A stretch of DNA of 64,000 nt from Ilumatobacteraceae bacterium (GCA_049696035.1 JBAVTH010000242.1:4472-68471), one strand, 5' to 3'; numbered from the stretch's first letter, positions 29,095 through 38,493 are shown. Numbers and translations are program-made. The notes: a model not told the origin generated them from the sequence alone.

Positions 29095-29159
29095 GGTGGT
29101 CTGCTCGACCGCCGTTCCACCGAGCTCTAGGCTTGCGATCGATCGGGAAGGGGATCCGT

Positions 29160-29597
29160 ATGGGTTTGATGGACAAGTCGCGCGAGTACTTCCTTGCGAT
29201 CCACCAGTACATGAGGGCGCTGTGCCCTCCGGATGATCCTCTCGTCGGCGCAATGACGGGCACCCACTCCACCGCGTTCAGCAACAAGTTCTACGCGCTG
29301 GGTGTCACCAACTACTGGTTGGTGCTGCAGCCGTTGAACCGTCGGCAGCAGCCCGAGGGTGCCCCGATCTGGTTGCGCCCCACCGACATCGCCGGCGCCA
29401 CGCTGTGGGGTCAAGGCGGTGGCTTTCGCGAGTGGTTGGCCACCAACTCCGAGTTCCAGTTGCGCTTCACCACCACCTCCGGCGACAAGTACAAGATCAT
29501 GGCGTTGGGCGGGTGGTCGATGGCGAAGATGCTGGGCCAGGAGTACATCGACGGCCTGGAGGCTGTGGCCAACTGGCTCCAGCGGGCGACGGCCTGA
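29160..29597 (+). CDS. Hypothetical protein (146 aa)
   Basis: ORF 28956..29597 trimmed to the ATG at 29160, which is preceded by GGGAAGGGG. Normal composition. No motif I can name with confidence. Confidence 0.55.
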   Translation: MGLMDKSREYFLAIHQYMRALCPPDDPLVGAMTGTHSTAFSNKFYALGVTNYWLVLQPLNRRQQPEGAPIWLRPTDIAGATLWGQGGGFREWLATNSEFQLRFTTTSGDKYKIMALGGWSMAKMLGQEYIDGLEAVANWLQRATA

Positions 29598-29690
29598 GTC
29601 GGCCTTCGCGAGCATCACGTTCTGCACCAGTGGTCGGCCGGGGCCCGACTGCTGCACCAGGTGCGGCGACATGTACCGGCCCCGCGTCAC

Positions 29691-29723
29691 GGCGGCTCCG
29701 CGCCGTGTTGGAGCGGAGCCGCC
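29691..29723. terminator. GC hairpin (11-bp stem GGCGGCTCCGC / GCGGAGCCGCC) between convergent genes
   Basis: Perfect complementarity read from the sequence, with an 11-nt loop. It lies between the stops at 29597 (+) and 29742 (-). No U-tract, as is common in high-GC actinobacteria. Confidence 0.55.
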
Positions 29724-29741
29724 GAGCGGGATCGTGGGCCG

Positions 29742-32318
29742 TCAGCGGATGACGATGATCGGGATCGGATTGCTCGATGAGCCGTTGATCGACGCGGCGC
29801 CCGAGTACTGCGCGTATGCGATGTGCACGCCGAGCGACAGCGTGCTGCCGAGTTGCAGGGATGCCGACCCGTTGAGCACGGGGGCCGAACCGACCACGGC
29901 GCCGTCGACGGTGAAGGTCACCGTGCCGGTGGCCGTGGCGTTGCTGTTCAGCCCGACGTAGGCGGTCAACTTCGGACCGGTGTGTCCTCGGCGCACCACG
30001 AACTTGTTGGTCCACAGGAACGTCGCCGACGATGCCTTGGTGACCGTGACGGTCGAGGGCGCCGAGGTGCTGCCGGCGATCGTGTTCGAGTCGGCGTAAC
30101 GGGCCACGAACACATGTGCCCCGGCGGGTGTGTCGGCGGGCAGCGTGTAGGTGGCCTGGCCGTTCACCAACGGCAACGTCCCGACCAGGACGTTGTCCTG
30201 CAGCAGTTCGACGGATCCACCCGCGACGGTGCCATCGGACAGCGTGACCGTCGCTGTCAGGGTGGCGAGCTGCGAACCGCCGAATCGTTGCGAGGTGCGA
30301 TTCGTGGTGAGCGTCGTCGTCGACACGACCCGGTTGTCGACCACGGTGACCGGGATCGTGACGGTGGTGTTCGACGGTGCTGCCACGAGGACCAGCGACT
30401 GCGCCCCCAGCGGTGTACCGGGTGGCACGAGCAGGTTGACGGAGGCTGCGCCCGCGGCCACGGCGACCGAGCCGAGGTTGACCCCGCCGAGAACGGCCGA
30501 CAGGGACGTGTTCTGCGGTGAACCTTGGCTGGTGAGGTCGAGGCCCGAGACACCGAACGTCAGGTTCTGGCCGATGGACGCGGTCGTCGGCAGGGGTGAG
30601 ACGCCCACCGCCTGGCGGGCGAAGTCGGGGTGCAGCGGGGAGTTGGCCGTGATGTACGCGATCCACGCGTCGCGGTCGATGAGACCGGAGTCGCGGTAGT
30701 TCGTGCCACTCCGGAAGACGTGGAAGTTGTCGCCGCCCTCGGCAAGGAACGAGTTCGTGCCCACGCGGTACTGGCCCACGGGGTTGATCGGGGCGCCATC
30801 GACGGTGATGGACGTGATGCGCGAACCCTCGGGCAGAGCCGCGTCGAACGTGTACGTCACGTTCTTGGAGAGACCGAGCTGCAGGTACGGCCGGGAGGGC
30901 ACGGTTCCGTTTGGTAGCCGCTGCCATTGCTGTTCGAGCAACGTCTTGAACTGGGCGCCGGTGAGGGTGATCGTCGACAGGGTGTTGGCGAACGGCAGGA
31001 CCAGGTTCGCTTCCGAGTAGAGCACCACGCCGTCGGGTGCGTACAGCAGCTCTGCGCGAAGGCCTCCTGGGTTCATGACGGCGATGGTGGCGCCACCGTA
31101 GGCAGGGTCCTTGAGCGTGTTGAGCATGGAGTCGGCGACCAACTTGCCGATGGTGCTCTCGGCGGCGCGGTTGTCGCGGGTCGTGCCGGTGTAGACGCCG
31201 TTGGTGTAGCCCCCGCCGGTGAAGGCGGTGGTGATGTCGGCTGACAGCGAACCGACCGTCTGGTTGCCGATCGTCGCTGCGAACGCGAGCGCACTGTTGA
31301 CGCCGGGTGTGACTGCAGCCACGCGTGGCAGCGTCGGGTCGGCGGTGGCGGCGCGAGGGATGATCGCCGACGCATAGCTGCTGATGGTCATCGGGTCGAC
31401 GGTGGTGTCGACGGTGAGCACGATTCTGCCGAGGTTGGTGCCGTACGACTCGGCCTGCAGGATCGGGCGCGTGCGAGTGGGATCGCCAGGGATGGGGGCG
31501 TCCCATGCGTACTTCTTGTGCGTGTGTGCCGTGAAGATGGCGTCGACCAACGGACTGGTGTCGTTGACGATGGCGGCGAAGGGCCCGCCCTTGGCCACTT
31601 CGGCGGCGAACGTGGAGATGTCGGCGCCGGTGGACGCACCGTCGTGGTACTCCGCCACCAGCACATCGGCCTCTCCGTTGGCGGCGATGCCGTCGCTGAG
31701 CTGAGCCGCTACCCGGTTCACCGCGGCAACGGGATCACCGAAGGTGAGGCCGACGACGCCGCTGGGCGAGACCATGCCGGGCGTCTCGGTGGTGACCACG
31801 CCGATGATGCCCAGCTCGACACCGGCGACGGTGACGATCTGGTACTCGGGCAGAATGGGCGTACCGCCGGAGTCGTACACGTTGGCCGCGAGGTAGTGAT
31901 ACTGCGCGTTGGCGCCGCCGTTGATCACCCGATCGCGAAGGTCGGGCCAGCCGGTGTCGAACTCGTGGTTGCCGACCGCGGAGGCGGCGACGCCGAGCTG
32001 GTTGAGCAGGTCGATGGTGGGTTGGTCCTGCTGCACCGCCGAGGCGAAGCCGCTGGCCCCGATGTTGTCGCCGGCTGAGAGCAGCACCGAGTTGCCCGCG
32101 CCGGCCAGGATGCGTTGCTGCTCGATGGTGGTGACGAACTTCAGCGTGTCGGCGTCGATCCGGCCGTGGAAGTCGTTGAAGTTGAGGAGGGTCAGGTCGA
32201 CCTGGCCTGGGCCGGCGACCGCCGGTGCGGCACTGGTCGGGGAGTGGACGACCATGAGGCTGGCCATTGCGGCGACGGCACAGCCGACGCTCCAGCGGCG
32301 GGTACGGGAGGGTTTCAT
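29742..32318 (-). CDS. Secreted 5'-nucleotidase/metallophosphoesterase (UshA-like) with three C-terminal Ig-like repeats
   Basis: 858 aa. Signal peptide, then metallophosphatase motifs NFNDFHGR, SAGDNIGAS and GNHEFD. Three beta-rich segments of about 90 aa each at the C-terminus. Confidence 0.9.
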   Translation of the reverse strand: MKPSRTRRWSVGCAVAAMASLMVVHSPTSAAPAVAGPGQVDLTLLNFNDFHGRIDADTLKFVTTIEQQRILAGAGNSVLLSAGDNIGASGFASAVQQDQPTIDLLNQLGVAASAVGNHEFDTGWPDLRDRVINGGANAQYHYLAANVYDSGGTPILPEYQIVTVAGVELGIIGVVTTETPGMVSPSGVVGLTFGDPVAAVNRVAAQLSDGIAANGEADVLVAEYHDGASTGADISTFAAEVAKGGPFAAIVNDTSPLVDAIFTAHTHKKYAWDAPIPGDPTRTRPILQAESYGTNLGRIVLTVDTTVDPMTISSYASAIIPRAATADPTLPRVAAVTPGVNSALAFAATIGNQTVGSLSADITTAFTGGGYTNGVYTGTTRDNRAAESTIGKLVADSMLNTLKDPAYGGATIAVMNPGGLRAELLYAPDGVVLYSEANLVLPFANTLSTITLTGAQFKTLLEQQWQRLPNGTVPSRPYLQLGLSKNVTYTFDAALPEGSRITSITVDGAPINPVGQYRVGTNSFLAEGGDNFHVFRSGTNYRDSGLIDRDAWIAYITANSPLHPDFARQAVGVSPLPTTASIGQNLTFGVSGLDLTSQGSPQNTSLSAVLGGVNLGSVAVAAGAASVNLLVPPGTPLGAQSLVLVAAPSNTTVTIPVTVVDNRVVSTTTLTTNRTSQRFGGSQLATLTATVTLSDGTVAGGSVELLQDNVLVGTLPLVNGQATYTLPADTPAGAHVFVARYADSNTIAGSTSAPSTVTVTKASSATFLWTNKFVVRRGHTGPKLTAYVGLNSNATATGTVTFTVDGAVVGSAPVLNGSASLQLGSTLSLGVHIAYAQYSGAASINGSSSNPIPIIVIR

Positions 32319-32416
32319 GAACTCACCTTTCAGTCTGTGCTGATGACTTCGACCCGCCTTCCGCCCCCGGTAGGTTCGCCGGTCAGAGTAGCCGCGCGCC
32401 GCATGAGGGTGGAAAT

Positions 32417-32445
32417 GGGACTGCGAGACGGGACTGCGAGACGGG
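32417..32445. repeat. 13-bp tandem duplication (GGGACTGCGAGAC x2, then GGG)
   Basis: Units at 32417-32429 and 32430-32442 are identical. It lies about 100-125 nt upstream of the 5'-nucleotidase start on the minus strand. Confidence 0.85.
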
Positions 32446-32459
32446 TTGGCCTTGTCAGC

Positions 32460-32960
32460 TCAGTCGGCGGGTGGGCCGTTGGCGACGGTCACCTCTACCT
32501 CGCGGGACGCGCCTTCCTCGAACGCGAGTGTGAGCGTGAATCGTTCGCCGACGAGCAACTGGCCGACCAGATCCGTGAGCATGATGTGCTTGCCGCCGGG
32601 TTCGAATGCGATCGCCCTGCCCGCAGGCAAGGCGACCGAGGCGAGCGGAGTCATCGTCATCTCGCCGCCTGCTGTCGTCATGTCCGGCATGTTGGGCATC
32701 GGTGACTCGCCGCCGTCGCCCATCGTCTCGTGCAGTTCTGCGCCGGCAGCCACCGATGGAGGCACCGTCACCCCCACGATCGAATCGTCGGTGGGGCTGG
32801 TGACCGTCAGGTAGACGACGCCGTTGGTGGCTCCTGCCGGAGTCGGCCGCGCCCATGCGGCCTGCACGGTGAGCTCGGTGACCCGCGGGGGATCATCGGT
32901 CGCACACCCGGTCACTGCCACGATGGCGAGCGCGGTGGCTGCCAGGCGCCGCCCGATCAT
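32460..32960 (-). CDS. Copper chaperone PCu(A)C (DUF461) lipoprotein
   Basis: ORF 32460..34607 trimmed to the ATG at 32960 (MIGRRLAATALAIVAVTGCATDD...). Copper-binding strings HETM and the Met-rich MPNMPDMTTAGGEMTM, plus EPGGKHIML. ATGA overlap with the upstream gene. Confidence 0.8.
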   Translation of the reverse strand: MIGRRLAATALAIVAVTGCATDDPPRVTELTVQAAWARPTPAGATNGVVYLTVTSPTDDSIVGVTVPPSVAAGAELHETMGDGGESPMPNMPDMTTAGGEMTMTPLASVALPAGRAIAFEPGGKHIMLTDLVGQLLVGERFTLTLAFEEGASREVEVTVANGPPAD

Positions 32961-34486
32961 CGCTGGCCGAAGGCCAGGCGCAGGCGTGGGACCTTGCGAA
33001 TGACGAACCTGTCCACTGCCAGCACCCCCAACGCGGTCACACCCCATTGCGGGAAGACGAGAGCGAGAGCGACCGAGATGACGGTGAGGTGCTTGCTCAT
33101 CCGCAGGTCGATCGGCCGGCGGGGCAGACCGAGCGTGCCCTTGCGGCGCCGTTTGAAGTACATCACCAGAGCGCTGACGATGCTCCAGATCGTGAGCACG
33201 CACAGCATCGTCATGAAGATGCGCGTGACGATGCCCCACTGAGTGCCCATGTGCCAGCTGACCATGGTGTCCATCGCGTAGGACACAGTGCCCAGGCCGT
33301 AGGCGTTCAGGTCTTGCAGGGTCTCGCCGGTGAACTGGTCCAGGGCCAGGTTCCGCGCCTCGCCGGTCTTGCGCGGCCAGTTGTTGGAGAGGTCGAACGC
33401 GCCGTACACGGGGTTGCCGGCCTCGTCCACGTCGTTGGCAGGGAAGAAGACGTAGAAGCCCGGCTTCATCCCGTTCTCGTTGCCGATGTCGACGATCGAA
33501 TCCAGCGTCATCGGCACCGGTTGCGTGCCGTCGGGAACTGTCGCGTAGCTGCTCGGGATCGGGATGTTCCCGGTGTTCCACGTGATCTGGTTGCCGAGGA
33601 TGTCGAAGTCGGAGCGGGTCACCTGGCCGCTGGCCGGCGCGTCGGGCCACACGTTGGGGCTGATCTCGTTGGCGAGTGCAGTGAAGTTGGGGCCCCAGTA
33701 GGTGGACCAACCCAACCCGGAGACGATGGTGACGAGGACGAGGCCCGACAGCACGACGCCGGGTACCGCGTGCAGATCGCGCCACTTGGCGCGGCCCTTC
33801 TTGCCCAGACGGATGTTGAACCAGCCGCGGCCGGTGCGTTCCGCTCCTCCGTGGCGCGACGTCCGCGGCCACCAGATGTAGAGGCCGGTGATCGCCAGCA
33901 CGATCGTCCACACGCCGAGGGTTTCGAGGATCAGGTCGCCGATGACGTAGTCGCGCATCACCGGCCCGTCGTCCCACAATGCCGAGACGGTGGGCAGCGA
34001 GAGCTTTCGCTGCTCGTTGTTGAGGAAAGCGTGCAGTCGATTCGAGAGGCCGACGACGCCGCGGCCCGGGTCGTTCTTGCCGAGCACTTCGCCCGTGTAG
34101 GGGTTCACGTAGGCCTGGTGCCCGCTGTCGAAGCCGAAGATGGTGGAGGTCTCGTCGTCGACCGGCAACTGGAGGAAGATCACCGTCTCCTCGGGGTACG
34201 CAGCCTCGACCGCCTTCTCCTGGGCGTCGAACGACACCCACTCGCCGACTTCCTTCACCTGGCGCAGATCGCCTTCGGTGGCGTTCTGGAGCGGCGTCGT
34301 GTAGAGGATCACCAGGCCGGTGACCGCCATCAGCAGCAGGAAGGGGATGGAGAACATTCCGGCGTAGAAGTGGATGCGCCAGACGCTTCGCCAGCGACGA
34401 CTGCCACCTCTGTCGCCGACGGGTTCGCCGACCGGCGGTGTGCTGTCGCTGAGCTCGGGCGCGTCTGGGCTCGTTGCATCGGACAT
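32957..34486 (-). CDS. PepSY-associated transmembrane protein (PiuB-like)
   Basis: ORF 32957..34525 trimmed to the ATG at 34486. RWRSVWRIHFYAGMFSIPFLLLMAVTGL is typical of the PepSY_TM family. Several TM segments. Confidence 0.8.
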   Translation of the reverse strand: MSDATSPDAPELSDSTPPVGEPVGDRGGSRRWRSVWRIHFYAGMFSIPFLLLMAVTGLVILYTTPLQNATEGDLRQVKEVGEWVSFDAQEKAVEAAYPEETVIFLQLPVDDETSTIFGFDSGHQAYVNPYTGEVLGKNDPGRGVVGLSNRLHAFLNNEQRKLSLPTVSALWDDGPVMRDYVIGDLILETLGVWTIVLAITGLYIWWPRTSRHGGAERTGRGWFNIRLGKKGRAKWRDLHAVPGVVLSGLVLVTIVSGLGWSTYWGPNFTALANEISPNVWPDAPASGQVTRSDFDILGNQITWNTGNIPIPSSYATVPDGTQPVPMTLDSIVDIGNENGMKPGFYVFFPANDVDEAGNPVYGAFDLSNNWPRKTGEARNLALDQFTGETLQDLNAYGLGTVSYAMDTMVSWHMGTQWGIVTRIFMTMLCVLTIWSIVSALVMYFKRRRKGTLGLPRRPIDLRMSKHLTVISVALALVFPQWGVTALGVLAVDRFVIRKVPRLRLAFGQR

Positions 34487-34593
34487 GTGATGGTGCTCCT
34501 CGGGGTAACCGTTCGTTCGCAGCAAGGTCGCACCTGAGTGGCGAATAGTTCCCCACGTTCGGGTGCGGCCCTGGTGCGCCTATGGTGTGCGGC

Positions 34594-36153
34594 ATGAAGG
34601 AGCTCATCTATCATCGCCTGTTCCTGCCGGCCGTTGCCTCCAACAGCGACCGACCCTGCGTCACCAACGCCGCCACCGGTGTGACCACGACGTACGCGGA
34701 GCACTTCGAGCGGGTCAAGCGCACGATTGGAGGGCTGCAGAGCCTCGGTGTGGGGCGTGGCGACCGCTTTGCGGTGATGACGCTGAACTCGCCCGAGTAC
34801 CTCGAGCTGTACCACGCGGCGTTCCTCGGCGGTGGCGTGATCAACCCGCTCAACCTGCGCTTCGCCCCCAAGGAGCTGGCGTACGTGCTGCGCGACTCGG
34901 GCACCAAGGTGTGCTTCGTCGACGCGTTCTTCGCGCCGCTCATCGATGCGGTGAAGGCTGACGCCGGGCTCGAGCACGTGGTGCTGGTGGGCGCCGGCGA
35001 CGTGCCGCATACGGTCACCCACGCCGATCTGCTCGCCTCGGCGCCATCGGTGCTGCCGGAGGAGGGCGAGGAGAGCGACCCCGTCGTGCTGATGTACACC
35101 GGTGGCACCACCGGCCTGCCCAAGGGCGTGCTGCTCGACCAGCGAGCAGAGATGCTGAACTGCTACCACGTGATGACCGGCCTCACGTTCGACCGTGGCA
35201 CCACGAACCTGATGCAGACCCCGATGTTCCACGCAGCCTCCATGTTCGGAGTGCTCGGCGGGCCCGCGCAGGGAGCGCACACCGTCATCGTCCCGATGTT
35301 CGAGCCGACGGCGGTGATGAGGGCCGTGCGTGCCTACCAGCCCACCACGACGGTGATGGTGCCGACGATGATCGGGATGACGGTGGCGCACCCCGACTTC
35401 TCGCCCGATGGCCTCGGCAGCTTCACCGATCTCGTCTACGGCGCCTCGCCGATGCCACAGGCGTTGCTGGAGAGGATGCTGGGGATGTACCCCGACATGA
35501 ACATCTGGCAGGGCTACGGCATGACCGAGAGCTCCAGCGTGCTCACCTTCCTCGGGCCCGACGAGCATCGCGCCGGTGGCAAGTTCCTGCGAGCGGCGGG
35601 TCGGCCGCTCCTGGGTGTCGTGCTGTCGATACAGGACGACGACGGCAACCTGTTGCCCGCTGGTGAACCCGGCGAGGTCTGCGCCCGCGCGGGCAACTTC
35701 ATGGTCGAGTACTGGAAGAAGCCCGAGGCCACCGCCGACGTGTTCCGCGGTGGCTGGTACCACACCGGTGACGCGGGCTACTTGGATGACGCGGGCTACC
35801 TCTACCTGGTGGATCGGGTGAAGGACATGATCGTCACCGGCGGCGAGAACGTGTATTCCACGGAGGTGGAGAACGCGCTCGCCTCGCATGGTGCGGTGTT
35901 GCAGGTTGCCGTCATCGGCATCCCCAGCGAGCAGTGGGGCGAAGCCGTGCATGCCGTGGTCGTGCTGAAGGAGGGTCTCGTCGCGACGGCGGAGGAGCTG
36001 ATCAACCACTGCCGGGAGTGGATCGCCGGCTACAAGCTGCCCAAGAGCGTCGAGTTCCGCAGCGAGCCGCTGCCCCTGTCCGGAGCGATGAAGGTGCTCA
36101 AGAAGGATCTGCGCGAGCCCTATTGGGAGGGTCGCGACCGCAAGGTCAACTGA
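34594..36153 (+). CDS. AMP-dependent acyl-CoA synthetase/ligase (FadD-like)
   Basis: ORF trimmed to the ATG at 34594 (MKELIYHRL...). Motifs YTGGTTGLPKG, GYGMTE, YHTGDAG, DRVKDMIVTGGENV and the C-terminal lysine in PLSGAMKVLK. Confidence 0.9.
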   Translation: MKELIYHRLFLPAVASNSDRPCVTNAATGVTTTYAEHFERVKRTIGGLQSLGVGRGDRFAVMTLNSPEYLELYHAAFLGGGVINPLNLRFAPKELAYVLRDSGTKVCFVDAFFAPLIDAVKADAGLEHVVLVGAGDVPHTVTHADLLASAPSVLPEEGEESDPVVLMYTGGTTGLPKGVLLDQRAEMLNCYHVMTGLTFDRGTTNLMQTPMFHAASMFGVLGGPAQGAHTVIVPMFEPTAVMRAVRAYQPTTTVMVPTMIGMTVAHPDFSPDGLGSFTDLVYGASPMPQALLERMLGMYPDMNIWQGYGMTESSSVLTFLGPDEHRAGGKFLRAAGRPLLGVVLSIQDDDGNLLPAGEPGEVCARAGNFMVEYWKKPEATADVFRGGWYHTGDAGYLDDAGYLYLVDRVKDMIVTGGENVYSTEVENALASHGAVLQVAVIGIPSEQWGEAVHAVVVLKEGLVATAEELINHCREWIAGYKLPKSVEFRSEPLPLSGAMKVLKKDLREPYWEGRDRKVN

Positions 36154-36814
36154 CCGGGCCCGGCGCCGCCGTGTCTCTCGTCGGCGCCGTGATCGGCTCC
36201 CCCGAATCGAGGATCGCACGAACCCTGGCGAAGTGATCGCGTGTCGTGTCGCGCCACGAACGCTCGACCTGTGGGGCAACGCGGGTGCCGGCCTTGAGGT
36301 CGACTTCGAGGGCCATGGTGTAGCGGCAGCCCTCGTCCAGCGGTTCGACGGTCTGGAACGAACGCACGGCGTCGAGGCGGTGTGGTGAGACCAGGCAGGT
36401 GACGGCACGGCGATACGGCTCGTACTCGATCACCTCGGAGATCAACGTGCTGCCGTCGTGCTGCTCGAGTGCCTGTCGCTCGCCGAGACCGTCGGGCGTG
36501 CCGGGCACCCGGTAACCGAACCGTAGGTTCGGATCGAGGAGTGGTGCCAGTTCCGCCGGCTTGATCAGGCCCCACACCACCTCGCAGGTGTGCCGGAGCA
36601 CGGTCGTCTCCTCCAGATGCACCGTGCGTGCCGGCCGACGAAGGCGCGGGGCGAGCCACAGCACCCAGAGCATCATGGCTGCAAGGAGGACCACGCCCCA
36701 GGCGGCGAGCACGTCGCCCTCGACCGCCAGCTTCAGTGCGACGGCGAACGCGACGACGACGACGACGGCCTGCACGGGCCTGACCCGAGTGGCCAGGACG
36801 CCGCGCACGCTCAT
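36146..36814 (-). CDS. Membrane-anchored SRPBCC (START/Bet v1-like) family protein
   Basis: 222 aa. Two N-terminal hydrophobic helices, then a polyketide-cyclase/SRPBCC-like beta-rich domain. The assignment is tentative. Confidence 0.55.
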   Translation of the reverse strand: MSVRGVLATRVRPVQAVVVVVAFAVALKLAVEGDVLAAWGVVLLAAMMLWVLWLAPRLRRPARTVHLEETTVLRHTCEVVWGLIKPAELAPLLDPNLRFGYRVPGTPDGLGERQALEQHDGSTLISEVIEYEPYRRAVTCLVSPHRLDAVRSFQTVEPLDEGCRYTMALEVDLKAGTRVAPQVERSWRDTTRDHFARVRAILDSGEPITAPTRDTAAPGPVS

Positions 36815-36871
36815 GCCGACGCACCCTACTCGCAGTCACCCAGGCGCTCGGCGGCCGGTACAGTCCGCCGA

Positions 36872-37861
36872 GTGAGGGACTGGGTGGTCGCGGCGGATGA
36901 TCGCACGGGTGCGTTCGAGGTGGCGGCGCTGTTTGCCGCGTCGGCCGGACCGGTGACAGTGACTGTCGGCCGGCCGGTCGATGGGCCCTGCGTGGTCGAC
37001 CTCGGGTCGCGTGGGCTCGACGCAGCGGTGGCGTCCGCGGCAGCGGCGGCGATCGAGTACGCGCCGTCCGGCTGGAGTGCGCACAAGATGGACTCCACAC
37101 TGCGCGGCAACTGGGTGGCGGAGGTGCGCGCTCGTCAGGCGCGGCGAGGCGGACGCGTCGTCGTGTTGCCCGGGTGGCCGGCGCTCGGCCGAACCTGCGT
37201 GGATGGCGTCGTGCATGTGCACGGTTCGCCGATCGGCAGCGTGCTCGACCACCTGCCCGAGGCATCGCTCGTGAGGACGGTGGCCGCACTGGGGGAATGG
37301 CTGGCTGGCGGCGCTTCGGTCGCCGTCTGCGACGTTCCCGACAGCGCTGCCATGCAGGCGATGGCATCCGTTGTCGCTGGCGTCGAAGGGGTCCTGATCG
37401 TCGGGCCGGCCGGCCCGCTGGGTGCTGCGTTCGCTGCACGTTGCGAGGTCACTACGCCCGTACCGACGCCGCCGCTCGACGATGCGGTCCTGGTCGTCTG
37501 CGGCAGCGCGAACCCGGTGTCGCGATCGCAGGTCGAGCGCCTCGCGGTGGCCTGCCCGGACGTGACGATCCTGACCGCCCCCGATGCGGAGGGGCCGCTG
37601 CACGTCGGCGTCGCCAACGAGCTCGCAGCGAGCTCCCACGAGGTCGCCTCGCGTCTGCGGCCCGCCACGATCGTGCTGCTCGGCGGCGACACCGCGGCCG
37701 CATACCTGGGCGATGCGCCTCGACTGGTTGGCGGCACGGTTGCGGCCGGCATGCCGTGGAGCCGCGATGCCGACGGCGGCGGGCCGCTCGTGATCACGAA
37801 GGCCGGCGGGTTCGGCGGGCCCGACGCGCTGGTCATGCTGTTCAGTCCGCGTGGTGCGTGA
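36872..37861 (+). CDS. Four-carbon acid-sugar kinase family protein (DUF1537), short form
   Basis: ORF 36590..37861 trimmed to the GTG at 36872. N-terminal VVAADDRTGAFEVA (family motif ADDxTGA) and C-terminal ITKAGGFGGPDAL (family motif KxGGFG). About 329 aa, shorter than I remember for characterised members. Confidence 0.7.
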   Translation: MRDWVVAADDRTGAFEVAALFAASAGPVTVTVGRPVDGPCVVDLGSRGLDAAVASAAAAAIEYAPSGWSAHKMDSTLRGNWVAEVRARQARRGGRVVVLPGWPALGRTCVDGVVHVHGSPIGSVLDHLPEASLVRTVAALGEWLAGGASVAVCDVPDSAAMQAMASVVAGVEGVLIVGPAGPLGAAFAARCEVTTPVPTPPLDDAVLVVCGSANPVSRSQVERLAVACPDVTILTAPDAEGPLHVGVANELAASSHEVASRLRPATIVLLGGDTAAAYLGDAPRLVGGTVAAGMPWSRDADGGGPLVITKAGGFGGPDALVMLFSPRGA

Positions 37862-38468
37862 AGAGCACTTCGCTGCAGATCGGGCGGAAGCCGGCCGCGA
37901 GGAAGGCACGCACCGACGCGGCGTTGCCGGCCGCCACCTGCGCCCACACCCATTCGCCGGCCGGTGCCGCGGCGAGGCCGGCGGCGATCAACGCCCGCCC
38001 TGCGCCACGACCGTGCTCGACCTCGTCGAACAGTTCGACGGAGATCTCCCAGCGGTCGGCGAGACCATGGCCGATGGTGACCAGCCCGCGCTCGTCGCCG
38101 TGGACGGCGACGTTGCGACGATGGTGGTACGCACGTGCGGCTCGTGGATGATCCGTTCCGATGGTCGGCAGGGTCGCGGTGCCGACGGCTCTCGCCACGA
38201 GCACGATGTCGAGTGAGCCGATGTCGTGCTCACCCGCCAGCCACAGCTGTTGCGCGGGGTGCAGCGAGCCGCCGTAGGCATCGATTCCCCGCGCGGCGAC
38301 CTCGGCGGGGGAGCGGTCGGTGAGCAGCACGGTGTGCGCGCTGAATGCGACCACCGCATGGACGTCGCCGAACGGCGACAGCAGCCGCACGGTGCCGTCC
38401 GCCGCAGGAAAGCGGCCCTCGGCCGCGGCGTGCAACACGGTGGCAAGAGGATGGGGCGAGGCGGTCAT
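37842..38468 (-). CDS. GNAT-family N-acetyltransferase
   Basis: ORF 37842..38576 trimmed to the ATG at 38468. Acetyl-CoA motif VEHGRGAGRALIAAGL. The 3' end overlaps the kinase gene by 20 nt (convergent). Confidence 0.7.
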   Translation of the reverse strand: MTASPHPLATVLHAAAEGRFPAADGTVRLLSPFGDVHAVVAFSAHTVLLTDRSPAEVAARGIDAYGGSLHPAQQLWLAGEHDIGSLDIVLVARAVGTATLPTIGTDHPRAARAYHHRRNVAVHGDERGLVTIGHGLADRWEISVELFDEVEHGRGAGRALIAAGLAAAPAGEWVWAQVAAGNAASVRAFLAAGFRPICSEVLFTHHAD

Positions 38469-38493
38469 CGGCGCGCAAGCTACCGTGCCGAGC

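Noticed and set aside
32417-32445. PHO-box interpretation of the 13-bp tandem repeat
   Set aside because: The sequence and 13-nt period do not match the GTTCACC 11-nt direct-repeat units known for actinobacterial PhoP. Kept only as a generic repeat and regulatory candidate.
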